From assembly GCA_951406725.2 (NCBI GenBank), contig OX597834.1:33046001-33110000 (forward strand): DNA of 64,000 nt. The letters run 5' to 3'. The notes under the pieces are model-generated. The model was not told where the DNA came from. It saw nothing but the letters and a program-made list of their open reading frames with translations, and searched no databases. A program made the translations under genes and the position numbers. This document shows positions 1 to 13,829 of the stretch, piece by piece. Each line of letters begins with the position of its first letter. Position 1 is the stretch's first letter. The DNA comes from Octopus vulgaris (lineage: Eukaryota).

Positions 1-136
1 CTTCTCACTATATGGTAAGATTATGTGAAGGAGTTTTATTCTCTTCTTCATTGATGGATTGTGTTCATTAAGCTTTGCCAAAGTTCCATGAGCTAGAATC
101 GTTGCCATTAAAAATATATATGTAAACATATGTGTA

Positions 137-542
137 TACTCTTTTACTCTTTTACTTGTTTCAGTCATTTGACTGCGGCCATGCTGGAGCACCGCCTTTA
201 GTCGAGCAAATCGACCCCGGGACTTATTCTTTTGTAAGCCCAGTACTTATTCTATCGGTCTCTTTTGCCGAACCGCTAAGTGACGGGGACGTAAACACAC
301 CAGCATCGGTTGTCAAGCAATGCTAGTGGGACAAACACAGACACACAAACACACACACGCATATATATATATATACATATATACGACAGGCTTCTTTCAG
401 TTTCCGTCTACCAAATCCACTCACAAGGCATTGGTCGGCCCGGGGCTATAGCAGAAGACACTTGCCCAAGATGCCACGCAGTGGGACTGAACCCGGAACC
501 ATGTGGTTGGTTAGCAAGCTACTTACCACACAGCCACTCCTG
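137..542 (-). mobile_element. tRNA-derived SINE, family A (about 400 bp, internal TA/TG tract), full length
   Basis: Reverse complement of the copies at 1223 and 23638. Has an A-box-like GTGGCTGTGTGG, a B-box-like GGTTCAGTCCC and an (AAAAGAGT)n tail. Confidence 0.9.
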
Positions 543-547
543 TATGT

Positions 548-724
548 TAAGTTAATCCAAACATGAAAACACAAAGAGAAAACACAACAACGTGAGGACG
601 TGGAACAAGTATAGTATTATTGGACGCTCAGGAAAGAAGGAAGGAAGGAGGGTTTAACGTTTTGAGCGGAGCTCTTCGTCGGAAACATAGGAAAAGGAAA
701 GATCCAAAGAAGGGAAGACGGAGG
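548..724 (-). mobile_element. Penelope-like terminal repeat fragment with hammerhead-like motif (G12 mutated)
   Basis: Homologous to 48985-49160 and 56201-56385. The minus strand reads GTTT CCGACGA A GAGC TCC GCTC AAAA CG TT AAAC. Confidence 0.6.
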
Positions 725-777
725 AATGCATACATGCATACATATATACATACATGCATACACACATGCATACTTAC

Positions 778-1197
778 AGGTCTAATATTGTTATTTGGGA
801 TCACACTTGAAAAGCATGCCCTGCCGTAGAAATCAGGTGAAATACTTGGGTCAATGTGATAAGAAAAATGCAAGAAGAGGTTGACATCTACGGACCATTG
901 ATGAGTCGCTGGCAGATCTAGTATCCAGGATGCACGTTCAGCTTCACACCCGTTATCGTTGGAGCAATAGGTTATATACCGACCTGCATGGATCAAAGTG
1001 GAGCTGAACTTGGATTTGTGGAAAAAGAACGTAATTCCTTAATTCGTAAGCTACAAACGACCACGATATCTGGAGCCTTTGAAAATTTCTAAGACGTTCT
1101 TACAATTCAAAGAACGGACTCTGACACTAGAAACGACGACAATTTCCTTTTCTTCGAAATCTTGCCACCAGGAAAGCAGCCGGTCAAAAATAAACCT
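778..1197 (+). mobile_element. Decayed Dong/R4-type LINE 3' end (restriction-like endonuclease domain)
   Basis: Manual translation RSNIVIWDHT*KACPAVEIR*...DIYGPLM...TPVIVGAIGYIPTC...LGFVEKERNSLIRKLQTTTISG resembles the RPDIVIWD..E..C RLE region. Contains several stops. Confidence 0.75.
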
Positions 1198-1222
1198 AAC
1201 ATTATGAGAAAGAGTGAACATA

Positions 1223-1618
1223 CAGGAGTGGCCGTGTGGTAAGAAGCTTGTTTACCAACCACATGGTTCCGGGTTCAGTCCCACTGCGTGGCATCTTGGG
1301 CAAGTGTCTTCTACTATAGCCTCGGGCCGACCAAAGCCTTGTGAGTGGATTTGGTAGACGGAAACTGAAAAGAAGCCCGTCGTATATATGTATATATATA
1401 TATGCGTGTGTGTGTTTGTGTATCTGTGTTTGTCCCCCTAGCATTGCTTGACAACCGATGCTGGTGTGTTTATGTCCCCGTTACTTAGCGGTTCGGCAAA
1501 AGAGACCGATAGAATAAGTACTGGGCTTACAAAAGAATAAGTCCCGGGGTCGAGTTGCTCGATTAAAGGCGGTGCTCCAGCATGGCCGCAGTCAAATGAC
1601 TGAAACAAGTAAAAGAGT
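1223..1618 (+). mobile_element. SINE family A, full length
   Basis: Runs from the CAGGAGTGGCCGTGTGGTAAG head to the TGACTGAAACAAGTAAAAGAG tail. Confidence 0.9.
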
Positions 1619-1632
1619 ATACAAACATATAT

Positions 1633-2246
1633 CACAATTCTTCGCCTCCGTTCCTTAACATACCTACCATTATGCCATCTTTTTCTTGATGCCTTATCTG
1701 CTTCCATCAGCTCCAGATCAGTTCCAATTTCACTGACCAGAATCGGTGTTATTTTCCCAATATTTGTTGACGGTGGCGGATCGATTTTCACTGATTTCAA
1801 AACGCTTGACGTAGAAGGGTTTTTAAATGCCTCTTCCATTTCCCGTTTGTCCATCGCCGTGATCCTCTCCTTTGACCAATCGAGTACCATCTCTCTCTCC
1901 TGCATCTCTTTAGACTTTTTGCTTTCCTCTGCAGTCTGCGCCAATTTCTTCAATCTATAATTCTCGCAATCATTTCCTAGGTGTTGTCTGATTGCTTTGC
2001 TGCTGTTAATTTTCTGCACCAGTGAATTGTAGTTTCCATCGACCTCTTCAAGTTGACTCGAAACTTTCCTCTTGGTAGCATCCTGGAACTGCAGCACTTC
2101 GAAGGCCGTAACGCGTTGATTCTTCTCTGAAGTGTGCAGAGCGTTTTTTTTTTTTTTCTCTCTGATTTAGTTGATCGGGATCTTCGCCAGTAGCAAACGA
2201 TGATCGCTGCTGGGGTTGAGTGACGCCATCACCGAGACGTCCTGCG
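1633..2246 (-). mobile_element. Decayed RTE-clade LINE ORF2 fragment (end of APE endonuclease to start of RT)
   Basis: QDVSVMASLNPSSDHRLLLAKI carries the APE SDH motif. The linker corresponds to ORF 1438..2097. It ends in PILVSEI...DKA then, after a frameshift, KDGIMVGMLRNGGEEL (KAPGxDG-type motif). Confidence 0.8.
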
Positions 2247-2332
2247 GTCAGTTTGTATTATAACTCCATACTCTAAAGTGATGCAACATACACACACACA
2301 CACGCACGCATGCATATACACACATACATACA

Positions 2333-2377
<45 letters not shown>

Positions 2378-3107
2378 GGGTAAATTTCGTGTTACAAAGG
2401 TTTTGACAATTATTTTGTCGTATTTACATACCGAAATTTACCGGTAAATAATTGTTGGTTACATGAAAAACCACAGGAAAATTATTTACCATTTTTATTG
2501 TATTATTTTATTATATATATATATATATAAATATACATACATATATGTATGTATATATATATATATATATAAATATACATACATATATGTATGTATATAT
2601 ATATATATATATAAATATACATACATATATGTATGTACATGTATGTATGTATGTATGTGTGTATGTACGTGTGTGTAGGGATGTACTGATATACGTGTAT
2701 GATCGTGTGCTATCTGTGAGTATGTGCGTGTATGGATTTATATATATATGTGTGTATGCATGTATACACACATATATACATTTGTGTGTATGTGCGTGTG
2801 TATGTGAGTGCATGTGTGTGTGTGTCTGCATGGGTATATATACGTGTGTGTGTATCTATGTGTACATATGCTTCTGTATGTATGTATATATATATATATA
2901 TGAATATATATATACACTCATGCACCAAGAACTATATATCACTCTGTCCATACATCTCATTTTATATTTCTTACTATTTTTTAATTGTTGATTTTTATTT
3001 TGACCATACATGTATAACATATATAGTTTAAAATCCTCCTAACCACTATTTAATTAAATTAAACTCTAATTATTTTCTGCTCCGATTTTTAGGACTCTAC
3101 TGTCCCC

Positions 3108-3320
3108 TTTCTTCTTCTTCTTCTTCTTCTTCTTCTTCTTCTTCTTCTTCTTCTTCTTCTTCTTCTTCTTCTTCTTCTTCTTCTTCTTCTCCTTCTTCTT
3201 CTTCTTCTTCTTCTTCTTCTTCTTCTTCTTCTTCTTCTTCTTCTTCTACTACTTCTCCTTCTCCTTCTCCTTCTCCTTCTCCTTCTCCTTCTCCTTCTTC
3301 TCTTCTTCTTCTTCTTCTCG
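3108..3320. repeat. (TTC)n/(CTCCTT)n microsatellite
   Basis: Seen directly in the sequence. Confidence 0.95.
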
Positions 3321-3675
3321 TTTTCTTCCACCCTCCTTCTCTTTCTCCTTCCTATCCACCCTCTTGATTCCCCCACCCACCCACCACATAATATCTTCCC
3401 CACATACTCATCCCACATACACACTTAAAAAAATTTTTTTTTTTTCTTTTTGATCTCCTCCCGATATTTTCCCAGCAACGACGTCTGAAGGACGCAAGAC
3501 GTAATAACACGGCTTTGATGCGAGTCTGAAGAAGTGCCTCTCCAATGTCTAAAGCCGCAAAAATTACGTGATTTCTCTTTTAGAATTTTCGCGTAAACTG
3601 GCGTTGTAACGTATAATTAAAGATGTCAAAGAATTTTTCTTTGCTTTCTTTTCATTGTATATATATATATATATG

Positions 3676-3713
<38 letters not shown>

Positions 3714-3812
3714 TATGTAAGCACATATAAGTGCGTGCATGTGTATAGATGATAGATAGATATGTATATGCATTTATGTGCAGTTCAGATAGATATGCAT
3801 ATGTCTCTCAGG

Positions 3813-3861
<49 letters not shown>

Positions 3862-3892
3862 TAGAAGATAGACAGACAGACAGATCTCTTTC

Positions 3893-3985
<93 letters not shown>

Positions 3986-4007
3986 GCGCATACATATTGC
4001 ATGCATA

Positions 4008-4235
4008 AGGCAGTGAGCTGGCAGACTCGTTAGCACGCCGGGCGAAACGCTTAGCGGTATTTCGTCTGCCGCCACGTTCTGAGTTCAAATTCCGCCGAGG
4101 TCGACTTTGCCTTTCATCCTTTCGGGGTCCATTAAATAAGTACCAGTTATGCACTAGGGTCGATGTAATCGATTTAATCCCTATGTTTGTCCTTGTTTGT
4201 CCCCTCTATGTTTATCCCCTTGTGGGCAATAAAGA
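4008..4235 (+). mobile_element. SINE family B (Nin/Deu-domain-like)
   Basis: Has the B-box GAGTTCAAATTCC and a central GCCTTTCATCCTTTCGGGGTC..TAAGTACCAG domain. Confidence 0.85.
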
Positions 4236-4294
4236 TTTATACATATTGCATGCATACATACATACATACATACATACATACATACATACATACA

Positions 4295-4328
<34 letters not shown>

Positions 4329-4730
4329 CATACATACATACATACAAAGACAGATAAACTGCCCGCCTAGAAACACATTAGGATATTCCAATAAATTTAT
4401 TGTAACGAAATATTATTACAAAATTTATTGTAACCATATAAATATAGTACTCTAAACGCCACTGAAAAGTTCTTAAATGAAAGCTTATAACACCAAAGTG
4501 TAAAACTTTGACCAATCTTTGACCTACGTTCAGTTACAACCAATTATTATGTATAAACATGAATTCAAGAGTAACACAATATCACGTTGTAACCCCTTGC
4601 GTGAACCCTAAAACAACACATTATCAACCTAGAGCCTCTGTAATAAGAAGCTAATTAACAAATACTAACGGTAACTTTAATATGACACAACTACCACATG
4701 GACCCCTATCCAAGTTTAATTCTAGTACTT

Positions 4731-5330
4731 AGGGGCTAAACACAGAGATGACAAGCAAGGACAGACAAACGGATTAAGTCGATTATATCGACCCCAATGC
4801 GTAACTGGTACTTATTTAATAAGGCGGCGAGCTGGCAGAAACGTTAGCACGCCAGGCGAAATGCTTAGCAGTATTTCGTCTGCCGCTACGTTCTGAGTTC
4901 AAATTCCGCTGGTGTCGACTTTGTCTTTCATCCTTTCGGGGTCGATTAAATAAGTACCAGTTTCGCACTGGGGTCGATGAAATCGACTTAATCCGTTTGT
5001 CTGTGCTTGTTTGTCCTCTCTGTGTTTAGCCCCTTGTGGGTAGTAAAGAAATAGGTATTTCGTCTGCCGTTACGTTGTGAGTTCAAATTCCGCCGAGGTC
5101 GACTTTGCCTTTCATCCTTTCGGGGTCGATAAAGTAAGTACCAGTTATGCACTGGGGTCGATGTAATCGACTAAATACCTATGTCTGTCCTTGTTTGTCC
5201 TCTCTATGTTTAGCCCCTTGTGGGTAATAAAGAAATAGGTACTTATTTAATCGACCCCGAAAGGATGAAAGGCAAAGTCGACATCGGCGAAATTTGAACT
5301 CAGAACGTAACAGCAGACGAAATACCGCTA
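4731..5330. mobile_element. Nested SINE family B cluster: a plus-strand head-to-tail dimer (4822-5240) inside a minus-strand copy
   Basis: A 14-bp duplication GGTACTTATTTAAT at 4807-4820 and 5238-5251 flanks the inner copies. Confidence 0.85.
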
Positions 5331-5750
5331 GCTTTAAATTCATGTCTTACTTGAACCTAAGCAATGATAGCATCTTCGTATAGAATTTGAAAGCTATTTC
5401 CCTCCTTTTCTCTCCATCCATATTCTACAGACCTAACCTCTTCCTGTCCTTCACCATTCCTGCTTCCTGCACAGCCACTTCCTCTTTCTCCTTGCAACCT
5501 TACGAATACGAGACCTAGTTTTCATATACGAAGTTCTTTGGTCCAAAGCCTCCCCACTACCACCTCTGCCATCAACAGAATTACAAAGTGTTATATATAA
5601 GGGTTCACGATCAGACTAAACTACAGTCTGACGACGGCTTGTGACCGTGTACTTTGGAGTCACAGACAACATATTTTCATGAGGGAGTGTTTTTCATAAG
5701 TGACCCTTCAATTTAATGCTCAACTGTTTTCAGATATAAGTTTACATAAA

Positions 5751-5796
<46 letters not shown>

Positions 5797-6112
5797 CGTA
5801 AATTTATAAGTACACACGCAGGCACTCACACATACACATACATACACACATATATACATATACGTAACATACATACATGCATACGTGTGTGTGTGTGTTT
5901 GTATGTGTGAGTATGTGTGCGTATCTGTGTGTGTGTATGTATATATGTATATGCGCTACGTGTCGAAACCACAATGATTTCCAACTTTCCAATAGAACAG
6001 CTGATGACGAGATGTCTATGTTTAAATCAATGTGTTATTGCGATATGTATAGAGCTGTTGATTTGTATGCATGTATGTACGTATGTATGCAGGTATGTAT
6101 GTATTTTTCCAT

Positions 6113-6174
<62 letters not shown>

Positions 6175-6239
6175 TTATTTATATATATATTTATTTATAT
6201 ATTCGTACCTCTACATATAGGCACACCCACATACAGATA

Positions 6240-6307
<68 letters not shown>

Positions 6308-7014
6308 TATATTTATATATGTGTTTAAATATATATGTGTGTGGGTGCGTGCGTGTGACCCCACTTTATTGCCAGTGACGCACACACATACACACATATT
6401 CACACACATACACATCTCCATATAAATACCTACGCATACACACACATACACATTTACACACACGTACACAAATACACACACAAACACATATACACACATA
6501 CACATACACCCACAACCGCAAACACTGCACAAATACCATACACTATATACAATGTATATATATATAATTTACACTTATGACGTACAAACACACACATTGG
6601 ATACACCTCATGCTATATCTCATGCACACGCACACACACACACATACCATACACACTATATATACTCACACCATGCACGCACACACATATTTAACACGCA
6701 TGTCATACCACATTTCACACACGCATACACACACGTACGGCACGGAATATCTCATGAAAGTGTCAGAAATCTATTGAATGAGTGGGCGGTGTGAGGTGTA
6801 TGTGTTAGGTGTTGGAGGAGTGTGGGCGCCCGCTACGTGGGAGGTGATTTCTACGAGCGTGTGTGTGAGTGTGAACGTATAGGTGTGTGTGTGTGTGTGT
6901 GCGCGCGCACGTGTGCATATGTGTGTAACGGAGTGAAGTATGGCTTAATGGTCGGTGGAATATCCTGGTTTCGAGTCGAACAGATGTTTGTTGCAAAGAG
7001 ATGGTAAATAGGTG

Positions 7015-7081
<67 letters not shown>

Positions 7082-7252
7082 CGTGTGTGTAGGCGTGTAA
7101 TGTATGAGATGTGTATGAAAGTGCATATAGTGTTATGAATATTAATATATCTGTGTCTATGCAATGCTGTTTCTACAATATATACATGATATATATATAT
7201 GTATATATATATGTATATATATATATATTATATATATATATATATATGTATA

Positions 7253-7302
<50 letters not shown>

Positions 7303-7322
7303 TATATATGCATGCACATTCA

Positions 7323-7482
7323 CAGGAGTGGTTGTGTGGTAAGAAACTTGCTTCCCAGCCACATGGTTCTGGGTTCAGTTCCACAGCGTAGCACCTTGGA
7401 CAAGTGTCTTCTACTATAGCCTCGGGCCGATCAAAGCCTTGTGAGTGGATTTGGCAGACGGAAATTGAGAGAAGCCTGTCGT
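7323..7482 (+). mobile_element. SINE family A 5' half (3' tail resumes at 8055-8134)
   Basis: Homologous to the copy at 1223 and interrupted in its TA tract. Confidence 0.85.
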
Positions 7483-7485
7483 GTC

Positions 7486-7575
<90 letters not shown>

Positions 7576-7578
<3 letters not shown>

Positions 7579-8057
7579 GGGTTGGACAAAATAATGGAAA
7601 CACCTAGCACCATAGTATCATAATTTTGAAATATCTATAAAACCATCAAAAGCTTGTTTATTTCTATGTTTTTGATTTATTATTAGTGTTGCCTAATATG
7701 TTTTGCTAAAATTGCTGTTTCTTTTCAGATATCATCAGAAAAATGTAATTAAAATTCATTAAAATGACAGATTTATCAGACTTTCCAAGAGGACAAATTG
7801 TTGGTGTTCGTATGGCAGGCGCTAGCGTAACGAAAACAGCCGAAATTTTTGGTGTATCAAGAAGTACTGCCTCGAAAGTAATGACAGACAGCCTTTGAGA
7901 AAGAGGGGGAAAACCTCCCCGTCGAAACAAAATTCCGGAAGTAAACCAAAACTTTCAGATAGGGACCGTAGAACTCTTATGTGAATTGTTAGAAAGGATC
8001 ACAAAGAACAGCTCCCAAATATACTGCAGAGCTTAATGACCACCCTGAGAACCCAGT
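7576..8057 (+). mobile_element. Tc1-like DNA transposon: left TIR and truncated transposase pseudogene
   Basis: Terminus TA|CAGGGGTTGGACAAAATAATGGAAACACC. From ATG at 7764: MTDLSDFPRGQIVGVRMAGASVTKTAEIFGVSRSTASKVMT, then SGSKPKLSDRDRRTL (paired-like HTH). Has frameshifts and a stop. Confidence 0.9.
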
Positions 8058-8136
8058 CCTGGGGTCGATTTGTTCGACTAAAGGTGGTGCTCCAGCATGG
8101 CCACAGACAAATAACTGAAATTAATAAAAGAATATA

Positions 8137-8179
<43 letters not shown>

Positions 8180-9759
8180 ATGCATGTATGTATATATGTA
8201 TGTATGTACGTTTGCATGTATGTATGTATGTACGTATATGTGCAGTTGTTTGTATGTGTGATGTATGTAATATTTATGTGTGTATATATGTGTGTGTAAT
8301 GTATGCGCAGTGTATATATAATATGCCTGTGTGTGTATATACGCTGTATATTATGTGTGGGCGCGTGTAATGTATGTATTGTGGTGAATGAAACGTCTAG
8401 ATCATGTCTGAGTGGGTGTGATAAATCTGCAGAATTTGTATGAAATGTGTGTTTGCTTAATTGCAATGTTTAATGTGTGTGTGTGTGTGTTAAGATGAAA
8501 ATGTGATGTTTGTATGTGCGAGATGTGTATGAATTATGTGTGTGTGTATGCTTATGGGCTGTATATGTGCAGTATATGACGTGTTTGCATGTGATATACG
8601 TGATAAAGAGAGTGTCTCTACGTCGTATCAGTGATATGTGGGCGTGTTGTATGCATAATGCGTGTGTGTTTGCGTGCTTGTATGTGGGATACGTACGAAT
8701 TAATAATGTGGGCGCGTGTATGTGCCAGCATCTATGTGTGTGTGAGATACAAAGAGAGTTACATATTGACTGGAAGGCAGCTGTGCTGTATTTATGAGAT
8801 GTGTGTGCTTGTGTGAGGTGCATGTAATGTATGTCTTTATTTGTGTGATGTGGGTGTAAATGCGAATTAAAATATGATTGTGTAAGTGGATGGGTATGTA
8901 TGTGTGTGTACATGTGTGTGCGTGTGTGTGTGTGTGTGCGTGTGTGTGTAGGTGTGTAGGTGTTTGATATACGTGATGACTGGAATGTCTCTATGCTGTA
9001 TGTGTAAGATGTGTATATAATGTGGGCGTGATATATGTGCAATTAATATGCTTGTTTCTGTGAGGTATAAGTGCGGTATGTAAAATCCACGTGTGTGTGT
9101 GAGCACGTGTGTGCGTGCGTGCGTGTGTGCCTGGGTGTGTGTGTGTGTGTGTGTATGTGCATGTGTGTCTGTGTGTGTATGTGCGTGCGCGCGCGCGCGT
9201 GTGTGTGTGTGTGTGTGTGCGTGTATGTGCGTGTGTGTGTGCGTGTGTATATGAAAACAGCAAAGAGTGTTCTAAGATACTGGAGTTTCTTTTCGGAGTA
9301 AAAGCCAACAATTGCAAACCGCCCACAAAGCACGAATGAGAACTTCGACTGAGTGGAGTTCTGCTCCCACATCTAAGACATTGCTACACAAACACACACT
9401 CTCCTACGCACGCACGCACACACACACAAACACATGCACACACACTCAGACAAAAACGATCCCTCGATTGACTGGCATTAACTCACTCAAATGCATATTC
9501 CATCCCCCGATGCACAAAAGTGCTGTGTCCTCTCACTCTATCTCTCCACCGACACTACAACGGCCCTTGCTCTTCTGAATTGCCTGATTCTTGTGCAACC
9601 TCCGGCCAGGCACTCACTCCGGAATCACTTCTCCTTCTGTTACCCGTATTTGGTTCAATCTTGAGACCTCGACCCCTTATGTGTTTTGATCCATAGTGAG
9701 ATGCTTTCTAACTCCATTATTGTCATGCGCTAGTAAGATATAAAGATATCCCCTACATT

Positions 9760-9799
<40 letters not shown>

Positions 9800-9829
9800 C
9801 TGTTAATAAGATATAAAGATTTCTCCTGC

Positions 9830-10179
<350 letters not shown>

Positions 10180-10184
10180 ACATC

Positions 10185-10368
10185 GGTACAGGACGTCACC
10201 GGTAGTGCAAATAACATGAAGTACGTAAACAACAAACGAGGGAAAAACGAGGGAAATACGTGAATAACTGATGAAGGGTATTTTCTCTGTGTTTACTTGT
10301 CCTGTTTTCCATTTTTCTCGTTGTTCTCGTATTTCATGTTATTTGCACTGCCGGTGACGTCCTGTACC
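10185..10368. mobile_element. Short fold-back element in (TA)n with about 41-bp terminal inverted repeats
   Basis: GGTACAGGACGTCACCGGTAGTGCAAATAACATGAAGTACG pairs with CGTATTTCATGTTATTTGCACTGCCGGTGACGTCCTGTACC. Internal CTGATGAAGGG. Confidence 0.75.
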
Positions 10369-10377
10369 CATATAGGC

Positions 10378-10438
<61 letters not shown>

Positions 10439-10810
10439 TCAAGAACCAGATCATCTTATTTCGGCTGATTAATCTTGAGATTGCTGTGTGTGTGTGTGTG
10501 TATATATATATATCAATGATTAACAAAGATGTGCTGCTTTGTTTACTCATTTACATTTTATTTCCCTACCCTGGAATCTGCACTTTGGAAATATAGAAAG
10601 TATTTTTGTATTTGTATATATAAAGTACATGTCTGAACAAGCAAGGGCGGATCTCTTCACTAAGTTGGGTCATGTTACCTGCATGCACTACAGGAATATC
10701 AGGTGCAAACACTTGTGCACCGAGTTTGATGTTCACCTGATATTGTTTGGGTGTGCAAGTCAGATCGACTTAACAAGGTGCCTCAATTTAAACACCTAAT
10801 TCAATTATAT

Positions 10811-10914
<104 letters not shown>

Positions 10915-10939
10915 TATATGTATATATGTATATACATAC

Positions 10940-11060
<121 letters not shown>

Positions 11061-11376
11061 ACAGTTATCGCCAGGCTAATATGGCAGTCCATAAATATAA
11101 GACTAAAGCTGCCGTAGATTAGCTCCAAGAGGCCATCGCCTCAAGCTAGCTATGTGACACACGAACCTGTGTCCATTATAACCTTCGAACTGGGGAGGTT
11201 AGCCGCTTCCCCTTGCTGGTCAGGCATCTTGCAGAAATAAGTCCATAAGTCCTTAGGTGCAAACCTGTGTAAATCCATGTAATCCGTTAGAGCACTTACC
11301 TAGCGTACCTAATCGTTTAGATCACCTGTGAACTAAAACCCCATATTTTGTGTATATATGTGTGTGTATGTGTATC

Positions 11377-11438
<62 letters not shown>

Positions 11439-11441
<3 letters not shown>

Positions 11442-11853
11442 TCTTTTACTCTTTTACTTGTTTCAGTCAGTTGACTGCTGCCATGCTGGAGCACCGCCTT
11501 TAGTCGAGCAACTCGACCCTGGGACTTATTCTTTGTAAGCCCAGTACTTATTCTATCGGTCTCTTTTGCTGAACCGCTAAGTAACGGTGACATAAACACA
11601 CCAGCATCGGCTGTCAAGCAATGCTAGGGGGACAAACACAGACATACAAACATACACGAACACATATATATATATATATATATACACATATATACGACGG
11701 GCTTCTTTCAGTTTCCGTCTACCAAATCCACTCACAAGGCTTTGGTCGGCCCGAGGCTATAGTAGAAGACACTTGCCCAAGGTGCCACGCAGTGGGACTG
11801 AACCCGGAACCATGTGGTTTGTTAGCAAGCTACTTACCACACAGCCACTCCTG
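11439..11853 (-). mobile_element. SINE family A, full length
   Basis: Near-identical to 137-542. Confidence 0.9.
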
Positions 11854-12369
11854 TATATATATATGTATGTATGTATATGTATATAGTAGGCTTCCTTGTA
11901 GACTTGAAAGGTGTGAAACAGCCTTAATCGATGTTGTACACGCATTGGACTCCCATTGGAAATGTCGGCATCTCACTTGGACCAATGTCAGAGAAACAAG
12001 GAACCATTCTGTTTATGTACACAGACACTAAATGCAATACGCACACATGTCGTTCACACACACGTATTTAATATATGTACCGTACAACATTATACACGCG
12101 CGTGCACACATAGACACACACACATACACGCAGGCACGCAAGCAGACACGCGCACGTACTGTAGCTTCAGGGAATTTGAATTAGTAATTTCTATATCATC
12201 CGTGTTTCACACTTTATTCAGAACCGATAGATAAATACATTCACACAGACACACACATACACACACACAGATAGATGATAGATGGATGGATAAACCGACA
12301 GATGGACTGACAGACAGACAGACTGACAGACAGATAGACTAATAGACAGACAGACAGAATGGTAGTCCA

Positions 12370-12470
<101 letters not shown>

Positions 12471-12544
12471 CAGATAGATAGATATATAGATAGATACATA
12501 CATAGATCTACACACAAACACATACACAGAGACATATACACAGA

Positions 12545-12604
<60 letters not shown>

Positions 12605-12645
12605 CACACACACACATACACAGAGACATATATATATATATATAT

Positions 12646-12736
<91 letters not shown>

Positions 12737-12742
12737 CATACA

Positions 12743-12804
<62 letters not shown>

Positions 12805-13443
12805 CATACATACATACATACATACATACATACATCTACACACACACATAACTCAAAACAATTACAAAGAATACGGAAACTGGTCCATCTTCATATGTTT
12901 TTCTTTTAGTTTCACAGTTAATTTTACAGCATAATTGGTTTGTACGACCGACACGTGTTTCTGCTGCATAGAAAATATGCAGCTGCTTTTGCAACCATCA
13001 ATGTTCAGCTCAGCACCTTCTTTCACGCCTGTCCACAAATATGGTTCGAGGCGAACTCATTTTATTTAGGCATGTCTAACGTATTCCGATTTTTTTATTT
13101 TTTTTTTATTATGGTTTTAGATTGAAAAAGAAAGCGAGAAGGAAATTTAGAGATTTGATATGACGATAAAAATTTACGACGTATTTAACCCCATCTCGAC
13201 CTTCAGTTTAAGGACGGAACTTCATCTTAAGGACGGAACTAAGAGTCCTCCACCCTAGAGTAGGTCAAAGTGTATGTCTCAGTGTTTTGTACAACAGCTA
13301 GGTACGAAATGAGATTAAATAATAAATTAAAATTAATTAGATTCTGTCAGATTAAATTAGTTATCTGTGATGTAAGAAACTTATTTATGATGTCGTTATG
13401 AACATTTATCTGAGTTATCGAGATTTAGCTTATAAACAGTGTC

Positions 13444-13829
13444 TGGAAGCACACTCCGTCGTTTACGAAGACGAGGGTTCCGGTTGATCCGAATCAACGG
13501 AACAGCCTGCTCGTGAAATTAACGTGTAAGTGGCTGAGCACTCCACAGACACGTGTACCCTTAACGTAGTTCTCGGGGATATTCAGTGTGACACAGAGAG
13601 TGACAAGGCCGGCCCTTTGAAATACAGGTACAACAGAAACAGGAAGTAAGAGTGAGAGAAAGTTGTGGTGAAAGAGTACAGCAGGGATCACCACCATCCC
13701 CTGCCGGAGCCTCGTGGAGCTTTAGGTATTTTCGCTCAATAAACACTCACAACGCCCGGTCTGGGAATCGAAACCGCGATCCTATGACCGCGAGTCCGCT
13801 GCCCTAACCACTGGGCCATTGCGCCTCCA
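13444..13829 (-). mobile_element. tRNA-derived SINE, family C
   Basis: Minus-strand head GGAGGCGCAATGGCCCAGTGGTTAGGGCAGCGGACTCGCGG...GTTTCGATTCCC. Shares its 5' part with 49721. Confidence 0.85.

Noticed and set aside
1438-2097. 219-aa ORF as a host coiled-coil gene
   Set aside because: It is the linker of a decayed RTE ORF2 read through into an antisense SINE. There is no true ATG and the flanking LINE motifs are frameshifted.
5400-5660. Minus-strand open frame SDREPLYITL...KRLGL
   Set aside because: Possibly a LINE remnant, but there is no start codon, splice support or clear motif.
13755-13829. tRNA gene
   Set aside because: The tRNA-like head continues into a SINE body. The same applies to 46340-46412.
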